Assembly: GCA_000004985.1 (NCBI GenBank) | Contig: GG738895.1 | Reading direction: 5' to 3' (one strand) | DNA from: Naegleria gruberi | Taxonomy: Eukaryota | Length of the DNA: 64,000 bases | Shown: one piece after another, positions 10,501 to 22,571 of the stretch | Numbering within the stretch: the stretch's first letter is position 1 | How the letters are laid out: every line of letters starts with the position of its first letter | Made by a program: the position numbers and the translations under genes | Notes under the pieces: generated by a model | Seen by the model: only the letters and a program-made list of their open reading frames with translations | Told to the model about the DNA's origin: nothing | The model's database searches: none

Positions 10501-13500
10501 CAATTCTTGGAGGAGCTTGTTGCCCATTTCTTCCTTTTCATTGATACTGGCCTCAAGAAGAGATTGTTTTTCTTTTTCTAAACTTTCAATCTTTGATTCA
10601 AGATCGATGATTTGACCCTTGTATTGTTCTCCATCTTCATTGGCATTCTTTAACTCTTGTTGAAGACTCTTGATGGTTTCTTCAAGTTGAGATTTTTGAC
10701 TTTCCAATTGGGTAACCTTGTTGCCCATAACTTCCTTTTCATTAAAGCTAGTTTCAAGAAGAGATTGTTTTTCCTTTTCCAAATTTTCAATCTTTGATTG
10801 AAGTTCAGTGATTTGACCCTTGTATTGTTCTCCATCTTCTTTGGCATTCTTGAGTTCTTGTTGGAGACTCTTGATAGTTTCTTCAAGTTGAGATTTTTGG
10901 GTATGAAGATCTGAATTGTCTTTCTCTATTCTAGAGATATTTTCATCCTTTAGGGAAATAATGTGCAACATTTCATCCTTTTGAGAGAGGGTAGAGTCAA
11001 GAAGTGATTGTTTTTCTTTTTCTAAGACTGCAATCTTCTTGTTAAGATCTGAAATTTGGCCTTTGTATTCCTCTCCATCTTCCTTGACTTTGTTAAGCTC
11101 GTCTTGAAGATTTTCAATCAATGTTTCAAGTTGAGCCTTTTGCTCATCTACTTGTTCTTTGTCTTTTTGGACCCTTTCGACCACTTGTTGTATGGTTTCA
11201 ACTTTTTGGTTTAATTCTTGAACCTTATTTTCAGCCAATAAGTGTTTCTTTTGGAGTTCTTCCAATTCTGAGGAGCTTGTTCTTAATTTCTTGGTAAATT
11301 CAAGAATTTCTAAGTCAGCTTTTTCTTTCTCTTGTTCCAATGATTCAAGCTCTTGTTCGAGCTCGTTACGTTCAGTCTTAATACCCTCTAGTTCCTTACC
11401 AAGTGATTCATACTTTTCGGAGAGTTCTGAATGTCTTGTTTGCAAAGATTCGAACCTGGACACTTGTGATGCAATTTCTTCAACTTTTTCCTTAATTTGA
11501 TTCAACAGGTCTTCCTTTTCTTCTGAATGAGCAGTTTCAAGATTCTTCTTTTCGGTCTCCAAGCTTTCTAATTGAATAATGACACCAGATAGTTTTTCGA
11601 CAGTGACATCCTTTTCTTCTCTCTCGGTAGCCAATGCAGACTTTGTAACTGATATTTCAGCCTTTAAACGCTCAATCTCTTTTTCTAATTCATCCTTAGC
11701 TGAAGCTTGTATTTCTATTTCTCTCTTCAAGCTTTTGATTTCCTCCTCATTTTGTTGGAGAAGTTTCAAAAGCTCTTCTTGTTTGCTCTTGAGTTCAATT
11801 TCCTTGTCATGTATGGCTGAGTCCTTTTCAGTAAGGAATGATTGGATAGCGATCAGTTGTTCTTTGAGATTGATGATTTCATTAGTGAGGCCATCCTTTT
11901 GATTAATTAAAAGTTCAATAACACTATCAGCAGAGTCACTATCTGTGCCAACAATCTTTGAAAGCTTACTGACCAAAGAGGTAATTTCATTCTTGTACTT
12001 AGCTTCTTGTTCAGAAAGGTTGGTGTTGAGTGTATCGATATTCTCCTCCTTGTTTTGAAGTTCAGACTTGAGGGCTTCAATTTGCTTCTTGCTTGCCTCA
12101 ACATCTCCATTCAATTCTGCAACTGATGACTCGAGCTTGGCAATAGAAGATTCCATTTCCACTATCTTGTCTTGCTTTTCTCTAATGCTTTGGACTTGCT
12201 CTTCAACTTGAGATTCTAATCCTTGTATGAGTTCTTGTTTGGCATTGATGTCAGATAAATGTTTTTCAATGGCGTCTTGCTTTTCTCTGAGAGTATTCAG
12301 GTAAGAATCATTGCTTTGATCAGTTTCGGATCTGAGCAAAGTAATTTGCTCCAACAATCCTTCCTTTTCCCTTTGGAGGGAACCAATATCTTCCTTTGAT
12401 TTTTCTAAATTGGAAATAACTTCGGTAAGCTCCACCTTGATGGAAGCCAATGATTCATCTAGTGTTTTCTTTTCCTCAACCAACTTATCAATAGAATCTT
12501 GTTTTTCATTGACAGATTTAGACAAAATAAGGGATTGATGTTGATTTTCAGTAACATCATCTTCAAGTTTGGAGATTGATTCTCTGAGTTGAGCAATAAT
12601 GATACCGAGATCCTTCTTCTCAACTTCAGCATTTTGAAGAATTTCAATCTTTTCTGATTCTAATTTTTCAAGTTTTTCAAGGGTTTCAGTCTTCTCCTTG
12701 AGTAAACCTTCATTTTCAGTGGAAATTTGGGAAATTTCTTGTTCAAGATCCTCCTTTGCTCTTCTTGTTTGTTTCAACTGTTCAGCAATTTCATCTTTCT
12801 CTTGATTGGCAATTTTGAGTGATTCTTGTGCCTTGTTCAATTCTTGCAAAAGTCTGTTACCAGCTTCTTCCTTTTCATTGATACTGGCCTCAAGAAGAGA
12901 TTGTTTTTCTTTTTCTAAACTTTCAATCTTTGATTCAAGATCGATGATTTGACCCTTGTATTGTTCTCCATCTTCATTGGCATTCTTTAACTCTTGTTGA
13001 AGACTCTTGATAGTTTCTTCAAGTTGAGATTTGTGACTTTCCAATTGCTCCTTGTCTTGTTCAATTCTATTGATACTATCATCCTTTGAGTTGATGATGC
13101 TATTCAATTCTTGAATCTTATTTTCAGCCAATAAGTGTTTCTTTTGGAGTTCTTCCAATTCTGAGGAGCTTGTTCTTAATTTCTTGGTAAATTCAAGAAT
13201 TTCCAAGTCAGCTTTTTCTTTTTCTTGCTCCAAGGATTCAAGCTCTTGTTCGAGCTCGCTACGAGCATTCTTGATATTCTCCAATTCCGTTTCAAGAGCA
13301 CTATTTGAAGTTCTAAGCTCATTAATCTCAGTATCTTTGTTTTGCATTTGTTCTAGCATGTTATTGAGCTTGTCTACAGTTGTATCTTTCTCTTCTCTTA
13401 TGGTTCCAAGTTGCTCTCTGAGTTCTGAAATTTCTTGTTTCAACTTTTCAATTTGGTCATCCAGGGTAGTATGGTGGTCGAGGGCTTGGGCGAGTTTTTC

Positions 13501-16500
13501 TTGATTGATCTTGAGATCCTTTTCTATTTCGTTCATTCTTTCCTCACGTTGAGCGATACTATTAGATAAAGATTCCTTTTCTTGTGAGGAAGATTCTCTT
13601 AGTAACTTTAAGGACTCTTCTAATTCTTCAATCTTAGTCTCTAGTAAAACTATCGTTTCTTGTTTCTTGGTATTTTCTTGTTCAACGATAATAATCTTCT
13701 CTCCAAGAGTTTGCTTGTCGGATTTTGTTTGAGAAAGCTCTTCGGAAAGAGTATTGTTTTCTTCCTTTACGTGTTTCAATTTCTCTTTGGTTTCTTCCAA
13801 CTCTTTCAACAAGGAACCTTCCTTAAGATCAGAGCTAGAAAGAAGACTGTTCTTCTCTTGAGTAAGGGTTTCAACTTGTTTGTTTAGTGAAATAATTTCC
13901 ACTTCATTCTCCTTAATTTTCTCTGAAAGCTTGGACTTCTCAGAGATATGTTTTTCTAGTTCTCTAGTCTTTTCTTCAATAAGGTTTGTCAGGTCTGTCA
14001 ACTTCTTGTCTGCATCACTTGAGAGAGATTCGAGTTCTGAAATTCTACCTGCTGAGGTTTGCAATTGTGAAGTAGACTCAGCGAGTTGATCTTCTAGCTG
14101 CTTCTTTGCTTCCTCCAATTGTTGCAGTTTGTCAGCAAGTTGATTCTTTTCGGAAAGTAATTCACTAATTTGACTAGAAAGAGTATCAGAGCCTTGACCC
14201 AATCTTTCCAATTCATCCTTAGTTCTTTCTAAACTTTGGCTTGTTTCTTCCAACTTTTGTTTGTATTCTAATACTTGTTTATCCAATTGTTCATGAGCAC
14301 TAATTTCTTTAGAAAGTTCTTGTTCCTTTTGTTGAATAGTTGCAGAAAGTTCTTTTCTCTCCTTTGTCAATAAATCTTCAATGTCGTTCTTTTCTTTTTG
14401 AATCTTTTCAATTCTTTGCAGCAATCCTGAAACCTCTGATGATGTATTTTCTTTATCACTTGTAATAAGTTTTAATTGCTCTTCTAAATTGGAAATATTG
14501 GACAAGGCTCTTTCGAGATCAACCTTGAAAGTATCTCTTTCTTGGACAGTACCTTCGAGTTCTTGTTCCTTGTCCTGTAGCGATTTGGAAACTTGTGCAG
14601 ATTTTTCTTGTTCACTCTTCAGAGATTCTTCAAGGGTAGTAACTCTGGATTTGATTTCTACCAATTCCGTTGCTAGGTTTTTCTTTTCATCGTTAAGTTC
14701 AGAGACCTTTTGTTGTGATTCGGTGAGATTTTGTTTTAGTTCCTCGATAGTGGAATTGAGAGAAGTTATTGTTTTCTCGAGGTCATCTGATTTTTGCTTG
14801 AAATCCTCAATTTGAGATTCAAGCTCTTCATTTTGTTTTCTAACAGATTCGACTTCCTGACTGACTTTGGAAAGTTTCTCATCTAATGACCCATTTTGCA
14901 CCTTCAATGATTCATATTCTTGCAACAAGTTATTCAGCTTTTCCTTATGTTCTGACAATTCTTTGAAGAATGTTTCTTTCTCCTTTTCGGTTTGAGAAAG
15001 AACTTCCTTAGTTCTATTCATTTCATTTTGAAGGTTAATATACAGCGAATCCTTTGTTTCAGAATCATTAAGATTTTGATCTTGCAAATCTTTAAGTTGC
15101 TTCTTAATCGATTCAATCTCATTAAGAGATTTTTCTTTTTCATCACGAGTTTGTTCCAATGTCTTATTAATATTTACAAGTTCTTGTTGTGTATCTTGTA
15201 ATTGCTTTTCTAAAGATAGCTTCTCGGTGGAATGCTGTTCAATAGTTGTATTGTTCTGATTAACAAGATCTTCATATTTTTGGGAAAGGGTGTTATACTC
15301 CTTTTCTTGATTGTCTTTGTTTTCATTTAGACTGGAAATAGTAGCTTCTAACGATGAAATTTGTTGAGTTAAAGAAGAAACCTTATCTTGCAAATCAACT
15401 TTTGCTTTAGTTTCGGCTTCAATCTCGCTCTCTCTGGTCTTTAACTCCTTTCTAAGATTGGATTCCTTTTCAGAAACGTCAGAAAGGTTTGATTCAAGAC
15501 TTGAAATCTTTTCAGACATTTGCTTAACCTCATTGTTGAGTCTTTCCTTCTCTCTATTTGCCTCATCAAGTTGTTGCTCTTTTTGCTTAATATTGTTCAT
15601 CAGTTCTTGTGATAAACTTTCTTGACTTGCCAAGGAAGTAGTAATAAGTTGATTCTTTTCATTCTCGAGTTGAGTAACTTTTTCATTCAGTAACTTGATT
15701 TCACTTTCAAGTTCAACCTTATCCTTTTTGACTTGATCTAATTCTGAATCAATTCTACTGTTAAACTCAACTAACTCCAAATTGGTTTGCTTGATTGCAT
15801 TTAACTTTAGAAGAAGAAGATCTGTCATTTTATGCAACTCTTCTTGAATTTGATCCGGATGAATCTTTTCAAACTCGTTACTCTTGCTATGGTTAATAAA
15901 TTCGTCACTTAATTTGGTGGCTTCTTTAATCTTCTTCTTGAAGTCATTGTCTTCAGTCACTTGAGTCATAGCTTCTTCCAGTTTCTTCTTCAGCTTGTTG
16001 AATTCTTGAATACATGACAACAAAATTTCATGTTCCTTGTTGGTCTTTTGGAGATTATGATTAGTCTTCTCAAGTTGAGTAGTAATTTCTGATTTTTCCT
16101 TCAAAATCTTTTGAATAGATTCGTGATTCTCGTTATCTTCTTTTTCTTTCAACTTCTTCAAGCTTTCAAGTTCAGATCTGATAATCTCAATATCTTTTTC
16201 TTTTGAAGATGCTTCACTTTCATAATGCTTCTTCAAGAATTATAGTGTTTCCATATTTTTTAAAACTTACCTTAAGTCTTGTGAGCTCTGAATTTAACTC
16301 TTCATTTGTATGCTTGAGTTGTTTAACATTTTCTTCGAGATTATGAGATTTATCCTCTGATGCCTTCAACTTTAGAGAAACTGATGAAACCTCCTCTTGT
16401 ATTTCCTCAATACGACCTTCATACTCACGACTAGATTTTTCCTTCTCTGCATTATTTTCCTGAATAATGTCATCCTTTCTGGAAGATTCCTGTTTCAAGT

Positions 16501-17701
16501 TTTCAATACTTTCCTCCAAGGATTTAATTTGTTTTTGAAGTGTTTCCTTTTGTTCTTGCAAGGTATCAGATTCTGCTTCCATCTTTTAACATTATTAGAA
16601 ACATTGTTAAAATGTTGAAACCTACCTCTTCAAGCTTATCTTTTGTTTGCTTGATTTGTTGTTCATACTTTTGTTGGGCTTGTTTCGATTTGAGTTGAAT
16701 CTCAAACAATTTGCTGTCTGCCTCTTGTTGGGCTTCTTGGGCACGATCATATTCTTCCCTAAGATTTTTAGCTTCCTCCTGAATAATTCTCAACTTTTCC
16801 TCGAGTTCATCTCTTTCCTTTGCAATTTGAGATACTATGGATGTCTTGTCATCCCCTTCAAGCTCTTTAATACGTTTCTGAAGGGATTCTATTTGTTCAC
16901 GTAACTCTCCAACAATATTTTCCTCAGCAAGTGATCCTCTGCTGAGTATGAAGGAACCTCCATTTCTAGGTGTTCCATAATCCTGTTAATAATAAACAAA
17001 TATTATAATTTCCAAAATCTATATGTAAACATACATTGTGAGTGGCTTCATCTTCCTCTTCTCCATTATCTCCTCCTGTATATGTACTAACTCCATCAAA
17101 ATCATCATCACTATCAACCAATATATTGATCATCATTTGTTCAATTTAAAAACTTACAGTCCGGGAACATTTTTCAAGCATCTTGAATTGATGACAATTT
17201 TAAGTTTAGCTTTTCCGACAGGTTTTGGGATAACCAAGCTGAGTTCCTTTGTTTGTGTAACTTCCTCACTTTCATTAACAAATTGACCAAGATCAAGTTC
17301 CTCCTTTACCAAAACAGTATCTTTTGATTGGTGTGTTTTGTTATTTGTAACTCTTTCCTCAAGAGTAAGTACTAAATCCTTCTTTTGAAAAACACCCTTC
17401 TTTTTGACAAGTGTACCATTAAACTTGAAAGTAGTATTCCAAGTCACTCTTTCTCTGTCAATTTTGGTGTATGGTGTTTCACCTTTACGTTTCTTACCTC
17501 TCTTCCAATGAACCTATAAACAAATATAAGAAATTCCATTTGATTATTTAAAAAACATACTGCATAAAACACATCTTCATCAGGTGTTGGTTGACGAGAT
17601 AAACTTGAATTTTTAAAATCAAAGAGGTGATCAACAGACAAATTAAATTGGAATTTAACATTTTCCTTTCCACCTCCAAGGAAAGATTTCTTTTTCAACA
17701 T
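7525..17701 (-). CDS. Giant (~3315 aa) coiled-coil protein with an N-terminal NT-C2-like domain and a C-terminal DIL (myosin V/afadin-type) domain; six exons
   Basis: Exons on the minus strand are 17561-17701, 17158-17513, 17036-17110, 16626-16983, 16271-16582 and 7525-16230. Introns are 40-52 nt with GTATGT/GTAAGT/GTAGGT donors, and all phases are consistent. The N-terminus (VKFQFNLSV...VHWKRGKKRKGETPYTKIDRERVTWNTTFKFNGTL...) matches the NT-C2 pattern. The C-terminus (FNHFLQNKMNTNAAIQIKMRLPFIENWF...CRQVADVCIVQKGLL) matches the DIL domain. About 2700 aa of heptad-repeat coiled coil lie between. Confidence 0.8.
10200..11350 (-). repeat. Intragenic near-identical duplicated blocks (copy set 1) within the giant coiled-coil gene
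   Basis: 10206-10703 is nearly identical to 12543-13040 (offset 2337 nt). 11205-11350 is nearly identical to 13105-13262. Units of ~210 nt encoding SQLEETIKSLQQELKNANEDGEQYKGQI..LESKIESLEKEKQSLL recur at least 4 times. Confidence 0.75.
12540..13270 (-). repeat. Intragenic near-identical duplicated blocks (copy set 2) within the giant coiled-coil gene
   Basis: This is the partner of 10200-11350. The antisense ORFs 10080..10310 and 12459..12647 share an identical N-terminus, reflecting the duplication. Confidence 0.75.
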
Positions 17702-18133
17702 GTTGTTGTTATTGGTGGTGATTGTACTAGTAGTGTATATAAATTAATAATAAATAAATTAAAACGCCTAAATTCTCTCCAAAAATTTCCAATAGTAATT
17801 AATTCTAACTATCAACACTCCAAATGTAAAACAGAAGCGTTCTCCAGTTTCCTAAATACTCTTGATGATGATACTTAATCAAAAAGCCTACTGATGCTTC
17901 CCGATGAGGATGATGAAAATTTTTTTTAAAAAGGCTTGAAGGATTAATTTGCTTGTTGATAGCTGTTGTGATCCAAAGTTTATTTTCTGCCACTCCGACA
18001 CCTGCTATTTGGAACTCAAATAGATTTTAAAAATAAATTTAAATTTTTTTAAAATATCAAATTGGATATTTGTTTTTGGTAAAATTGCCCCTTGTCAAAG
18101 GCAAGTGACATTTTAATAGAAAATTGAAATTCT

Positions 18134-19965
18134 TTAATGTTTGTCAACAACCATAGTCTTGGCATTACACCATTCAAGAATACCTTCAGAACCACATTCT
18201 CTACCATAACCACTTTCCTTAACACCACCGAATGGCATTTCTGGGCTTGATCTAACAACACCATTAACAAAGGCCATACCACATTCAAGTTTTTCAGCAA
18301 TCTTGGAAGCTTTCTTGACATCCTTACTATAAACACTACCACCAAGACCATAGATGCTTTCATTAGCCAATTGAACAGCATGATCAGCATTTTCAGCAGC
18401 AACAACAACGAAAACTGGTCCAAAGAGTTCATTATGGAATGCAAAATTATCAGTTGTAACATTTGACAAAACAGTTGGTTGATAGAAGAAACCATTGCTC
18501 AATTCACCTGACAAACTAGCCTTAGAACCACCAGCCAAAACCTTAGCACCTTGACTAACACAGAGTTTAACTTGATCATCCAATTTGTCCATCAAATCTT
18601 TTCTGGCCATTGGACCAACATCATTACCTCTAACAAGTGGATCACCCAATTTTAAGCTCTTAACCTTTTCAGCGAGCATTTTTTCAAATTGTGGAAGAAC
18701 TTCCTTTTCAACAATTAATCTCTTAGCAGCAATACAAGTTTGTCCACAATTGTTAATTCTTGAAACAACAGCATTCTTGACAGCAAGTTCCAAATCGGCA
18801 TCCTTAAGAACAATGAAAGCATCAGCACCTCCCAATTCCAAAACGTGCTTCTTAAGATTGGAAGCAGCTTGGCTGGCAATAATTTTACCAACTTGAGTAC
18901 TACCAGTGAATGCAACACCACGAATCTTATTGTGACTAATAGTAGTACTAACTTGTTGATTTTCAAGGAAGACATTTTGATAAATCTTGTTCAATTCAGA
19001 TGGAGCACCACTTTAAGAATGATGTTAACATTTTTTGTAAAATTATAATGAACTACATACGCTTTAGCAAGAGCTTCTTCAAATAAATCTTGAATTGATT
19101 TAGCACAAGTGGGAACTTGGTGATTGTGTCTAATCATAACAGTGTTACCAGCCATCATTGCAGGAACACAGAATCTAATAACTTGCCAGTATGGGAAATT
19201 GCTAATTAAATTGAAAATAAACACATTCACATTACAGAGTACAACTACTTACAATGGGGCACATTGAAGAACTGGTCCAAGTGGTTGGTAGACAACTCTA
19301 CTGAACATCTTTTCATTATCAAAAACAACCTTATCACGCAAAACACTTTCAGAAGTCTTGACATAATATCTGATGAGAGATGCACACTTTTCAGCTTCAG
19401 CAACACCTTGAGCAACTGGTTTACCCATATCCAAAGCCATCATTTTAGCTAATTCTTCCTTGTGAGCTTCGAATGCATCAGCAAGTGGATTCATGATTTG
19501 AGAACGCCATTGAATTAATTCAGCAATTTCCTTTGGATTTTCTATTTTGTTAATTCCACAATAATTTCGTTATTATTAATTATTATTATTTGTTGTTTGT
19601 CGTTGATGATAATTTAAATTATTCACATCACAAATTCCACATCAATTTAAAATCCAAAATTCCATCATCGTCATCACAAAATAATTCCGAAACCTCTAGT
19701 ATATAAAAACGTCCTCCATCTAAAACAACCTACCTGAGTATAATTGTGGATTCCAAGCTTGGAATGACTTCCAACTTTCTTGAATAGCTTGTTCCAATTG
19801 TTGATCAGAAAGACATTCAAATTGTTTGGTCAACTTTCCGTTAGTTGGATTGATAGAATTATAGTGAGTGTTCAACTTGGAGCTAGTGGAAAAACACTTG
19901 TCATTGCTTGAAGCAACTTTTCTCAATTGATTTAATGCTGAAGAAGCCTTCTTTGATTGATTCAT
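18134..19965 (-). CDS. Aldehyde dehydrogenase superfamily protein, probably a succinate-semialdehyde-dehydrogenase-like enzyme of the NFPYWQ subtype; four exons, with a mitochondrial-presequence-like N-terminus
   Basis: Exons are 19734-19965, 19253-19541, 19061-19201 and 18134-19010, with introns of 192, 51 and 50 nt. It carries ELGG, catalytic CGQTC, FTGST and the motif APFNFPYWQVIRFCVPAMMAGNTVMIRH. The ATG at 19965 starts MNQSKKASSALNQLRKV. Confidence 0.85.
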
Positions 19966-20142
19966 TTTTTTAATTGCAATTTTTGTGGGGAGTTTTTGCA
20001 ATTCAATTTCAATTATTGCTCAATAGTTAATTGAGAAATGAGGTTGAAGATCATGTTCAAATTGAATTGTTGTAAAAAGTAACAATTTCAACACTGTAAA
20101 TTACAACCCAAATACAGCCCCAATTTTCCAACAATTTAAAAA
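19966..20142. promoter_or_regulatory. Putative bidirectional promoter region between the divergently transcribed ALDH and CPQ-like genes
   Basis: It is a 177-nt AT-rich spacer between two start codons on opposite strands; no specific motif was identified. Confidence 0.3.
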
Positions 20143-21635
20143 ATGTCTCGACAATTACTTAGCAGTGGTGGTTTGTTGATTGGAGTTGTGTTGTTTGTGG
20201 CTACAATGTTACAATCATTTACTACTGATCAATATCATCATTCAATGGTTGAAGCCACTAAAATATCAACCAATGCATTTCCGAATAATTACAAGGAGAA
20301 AGTTGATCAAATTTGCCAACACATCATCAAAGGAGAAGAAAAGGGAAAGCTCTATGATTTATTGGCCTTCTTAACAGATACTTATGGCAGTAGATTGGTT
20401 GGAACTGAAGGTTTTGATTTGACTTGCAAACATTTTGCCAAACTAATGCAAGCCAATGGTTTTGATAATGTTCATACTGAACCTGTTTATAATATTACAC
20501 ATTGGAGAAGAGGAGAACCTGAATCATTAATCATGCATGAACCTAGATACATTCCACGTATGGAAGTATTGGCATTAGGTACAAGTCCTCCTGGTTCAGT
20601 AAAATCAGAAGTTATTGTGCTGAAGAGTTATGAAGAATTGGATCAATATGATGTTAGAGGAAAGATTGTACTTTTCAATCTTCCTTGGCAAGGTACTTAT
20701 GGTAAATCAGTAATTTTTAGAACTAGAGGACCTGCAGAAGCTGCTAAAAGAGGAGCTGCTGCATGTTTAGTGAGAAGTGTGACCCCATTCTCAATTTATT
20801 CAGCTCACACTGGTGGAACTAATTTCCAAGACGATGAAAAGAGGATTCCAGCTGCCACTATTACTGTAGAAGATGCTGACATGATTGAAAGAATGATTAA
20901 GAGAGGTCAACGAGTTGTCCTGTCATTGAAACTCAATTGTGAAAATCTTCCACCTCTAACCTCTTACAATACACTTGGTGAAATTACTGGAAGTACCTAT
21001 CCAAATGAAGTTATTGTTGTGGGAGGACATATGGACTCTTGGGATTTGAATTCTTGTCCTATGGATGACATTGGAGGAATTTTGACATTCTATGAAGGTA
21101 TGAAAACACTTATCAAACTTGGATTGAGACCAAAGAGAACTATTCGATTGGTTGCCTTCACTGCTGTAAGTAATCTGAAATTTAATTAAGATTAAATAAT
21201 TTAAAATAGGAAGAATTTGGTGGTGGTCGTTTTGGTGGTATGAGTTATGTCAAAGAGCATGAAAAGGAACTCAAAGATCATATTCTTGCAATTGAATCAG
21301 ATGCAGGACCATTTAAACCTCTTGGATTCGAATTTACTGGAGGAGAGGAAGGTAGAAAACTTGTTGAACTAATTGCCAGTACATTATTCACAAATATCAA
21401 CACAACACAAGTTACAGATAATGGTGGTGGAGCTGATGTTGATCCTCTTTATCAAGTAGCTGGTATTCCAGTAATGTCACCTAAAGTAGAAGGAAGTAAA
21501 TACTTTTGGTTCCATCACTCTAAGGCTGACACAATGACAGTTCTTAACACTGATGATTTAGATTTGGCAGCTGCTCAAATGGGTGCTTTCTTATATGTAG
21601 TTGCTGATATGGATGTAAGATTCCCAAGAAATTAA
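20143..21635 (+). CDS. CPQ: Carboxypeptidase Q-like M28-family metallopeptidase (plasma glutamate carboxypeptidase type) with a signal peptide; two exons
   Basis: Exons are 20143-21165 and 21210-21635, with a 44-nt intron (GTAAGT...AG). It has HMDSWD, NSCPMDDIGG, EEFGGGRFGG, ESDAGPF and an N-terminal hydrophobic signal (LLIGVVLFVATMLQS). Confidence 0.8.
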
Positions 21636-21753
21636 AAGTCTTCTTTTCGGCTCTCAAAATTTCAATACTTGTAAATTAAACTTTTTAGTGCTTCAATGTT
21701 TGTTGTATTGTTCTTTTATGGAATATGGAAAATATTTTTAGAATTAAAAAAAA

Positions 21754-22458
21754 ATGTCAGGAGACGATCATCACCAACACCATCATCATCACAGTGGAGG
21801 ATGTTGTTCCGAAGCCCATAGTGGAGATTTTCATGAACACGATCATCATTGCGAACATGATCACGGAGCACATGATAAGAATGAATTAGAAGGATTTCAA
21901 CAAACACTCTATCCATATATTGATAAAATTCATGTCCGTTGTTTGAATGAACATAAACTAAATGCTTGCCAATCAATTATTAGACCATACGATCAAAGAA
22001 AATCAAAAGATGGATATTTGGAAAGTGCTGTTGATGAGGAATTATTACTTGTTGTTCCTTTTACAGTTTCAACAAATTTAAAATCTTTTCAAATTATTGG
22101 AGGAGACAATGAGTCATGTCCAAGCAAAGTCAAAATATTCAAGAATAATGAATTATTAGATATTGAAACTGCTACACAAAAGAAGGCTGATCAAGAGCTT
22201 GATTTAACTTTTGATATTGAAGGAACTTATGACTTTTTGTTAAAGCAAAGCAAGTTCAATAACTGCCAATCTATTACTCTCTTCTTCCCTTCAAATTTTG
22301 GAGCTGAAAATACAAGGATTTCATATATTGGATTTAAGGGAGATTACTCTGATTTTAAGAGAAGAGCTGTAGAAGCAATTTATGAATCTGCTCCTCAAAT
22401 GAAGGATCATAAAGTAGATTGTGAATGGACCAATTCCAAGACAATTGGTGGACAATAA
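21754..22458 (+). CDS. PITHD1: PITH-domain protein (PITHD1/TXNL1 C-terminal-domain family) with a His/Cys-rich N-terminal extension
   Basis: PITH-type residues include LYPYIDKIHVRCLNE...SCPSKVKIFKN...ISYIGFKGD. The N-terminus reads MSGDDHHQHHHHHSGGCCSEAHSGDFHEHDHHCEHDHGAHD. Confidence 0.8.
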   Translation: MSGDDHHQHHHHHSGGCCSEAHSGDFHEHDHHCEHDHGAHDKNELEGFQQTLYPYIDKIHVRCLNEHKLNACQSIIRPYDQRKSKDGYLESAVDEELLLVVPFTVSTNLKSFQIIGGDNESCPSKVKIFKNNELLDIETATQKKADQELDLTFDIEGTYDFLLKQSKFNNCQSITLFFPSNFGAENTRISYIGFKGDYSDFKRRAVEAIYESAPQMKDHKVDCEWTNSKTIGGQ

Positions 22459-22571
22459 TTTTTTAACATCTAAATCTATTAATTTATTAGCTACTACTCA
22501 TTTCACAATGTTAAAAAATATTCTACCACACTCACTATATAAAATTTGTAAATAAAGAAATAAGTATGGAA

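Noticed and set aside
1860-13270. Regularly spaced direct repeats considered as a CRISPR-like or minisatellite array
   Set aside because: The repeats are in-frame coding repeats of protein units (40-aa and 70-aa periods) inside ORFs. They have no spacer/repeat alternation and lie in a eukaryotic intron-containing context.
7565-16618. Numerous 60-150-aa ORFs on the + strand inside the giant minus-strand coiled-coil gene (e.g. 7565..7882, 9449..9886, 13184..13504, 14489..14815)
   Set aside because: These are antisense of a GAA/AAG-rich coiled-coil coding sequence. They have Ser/Phe/Leu-rich nonsense composition, no start context and no homology; they are frame artefacts.
18049-18495. 148-aa minus-strand ORF overlapping the last ALDH exon
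   Set aside because: It is out of frame with a strongly conserved ALDH reading frame (ELGG...CGQTC) and has no similarity to anything.
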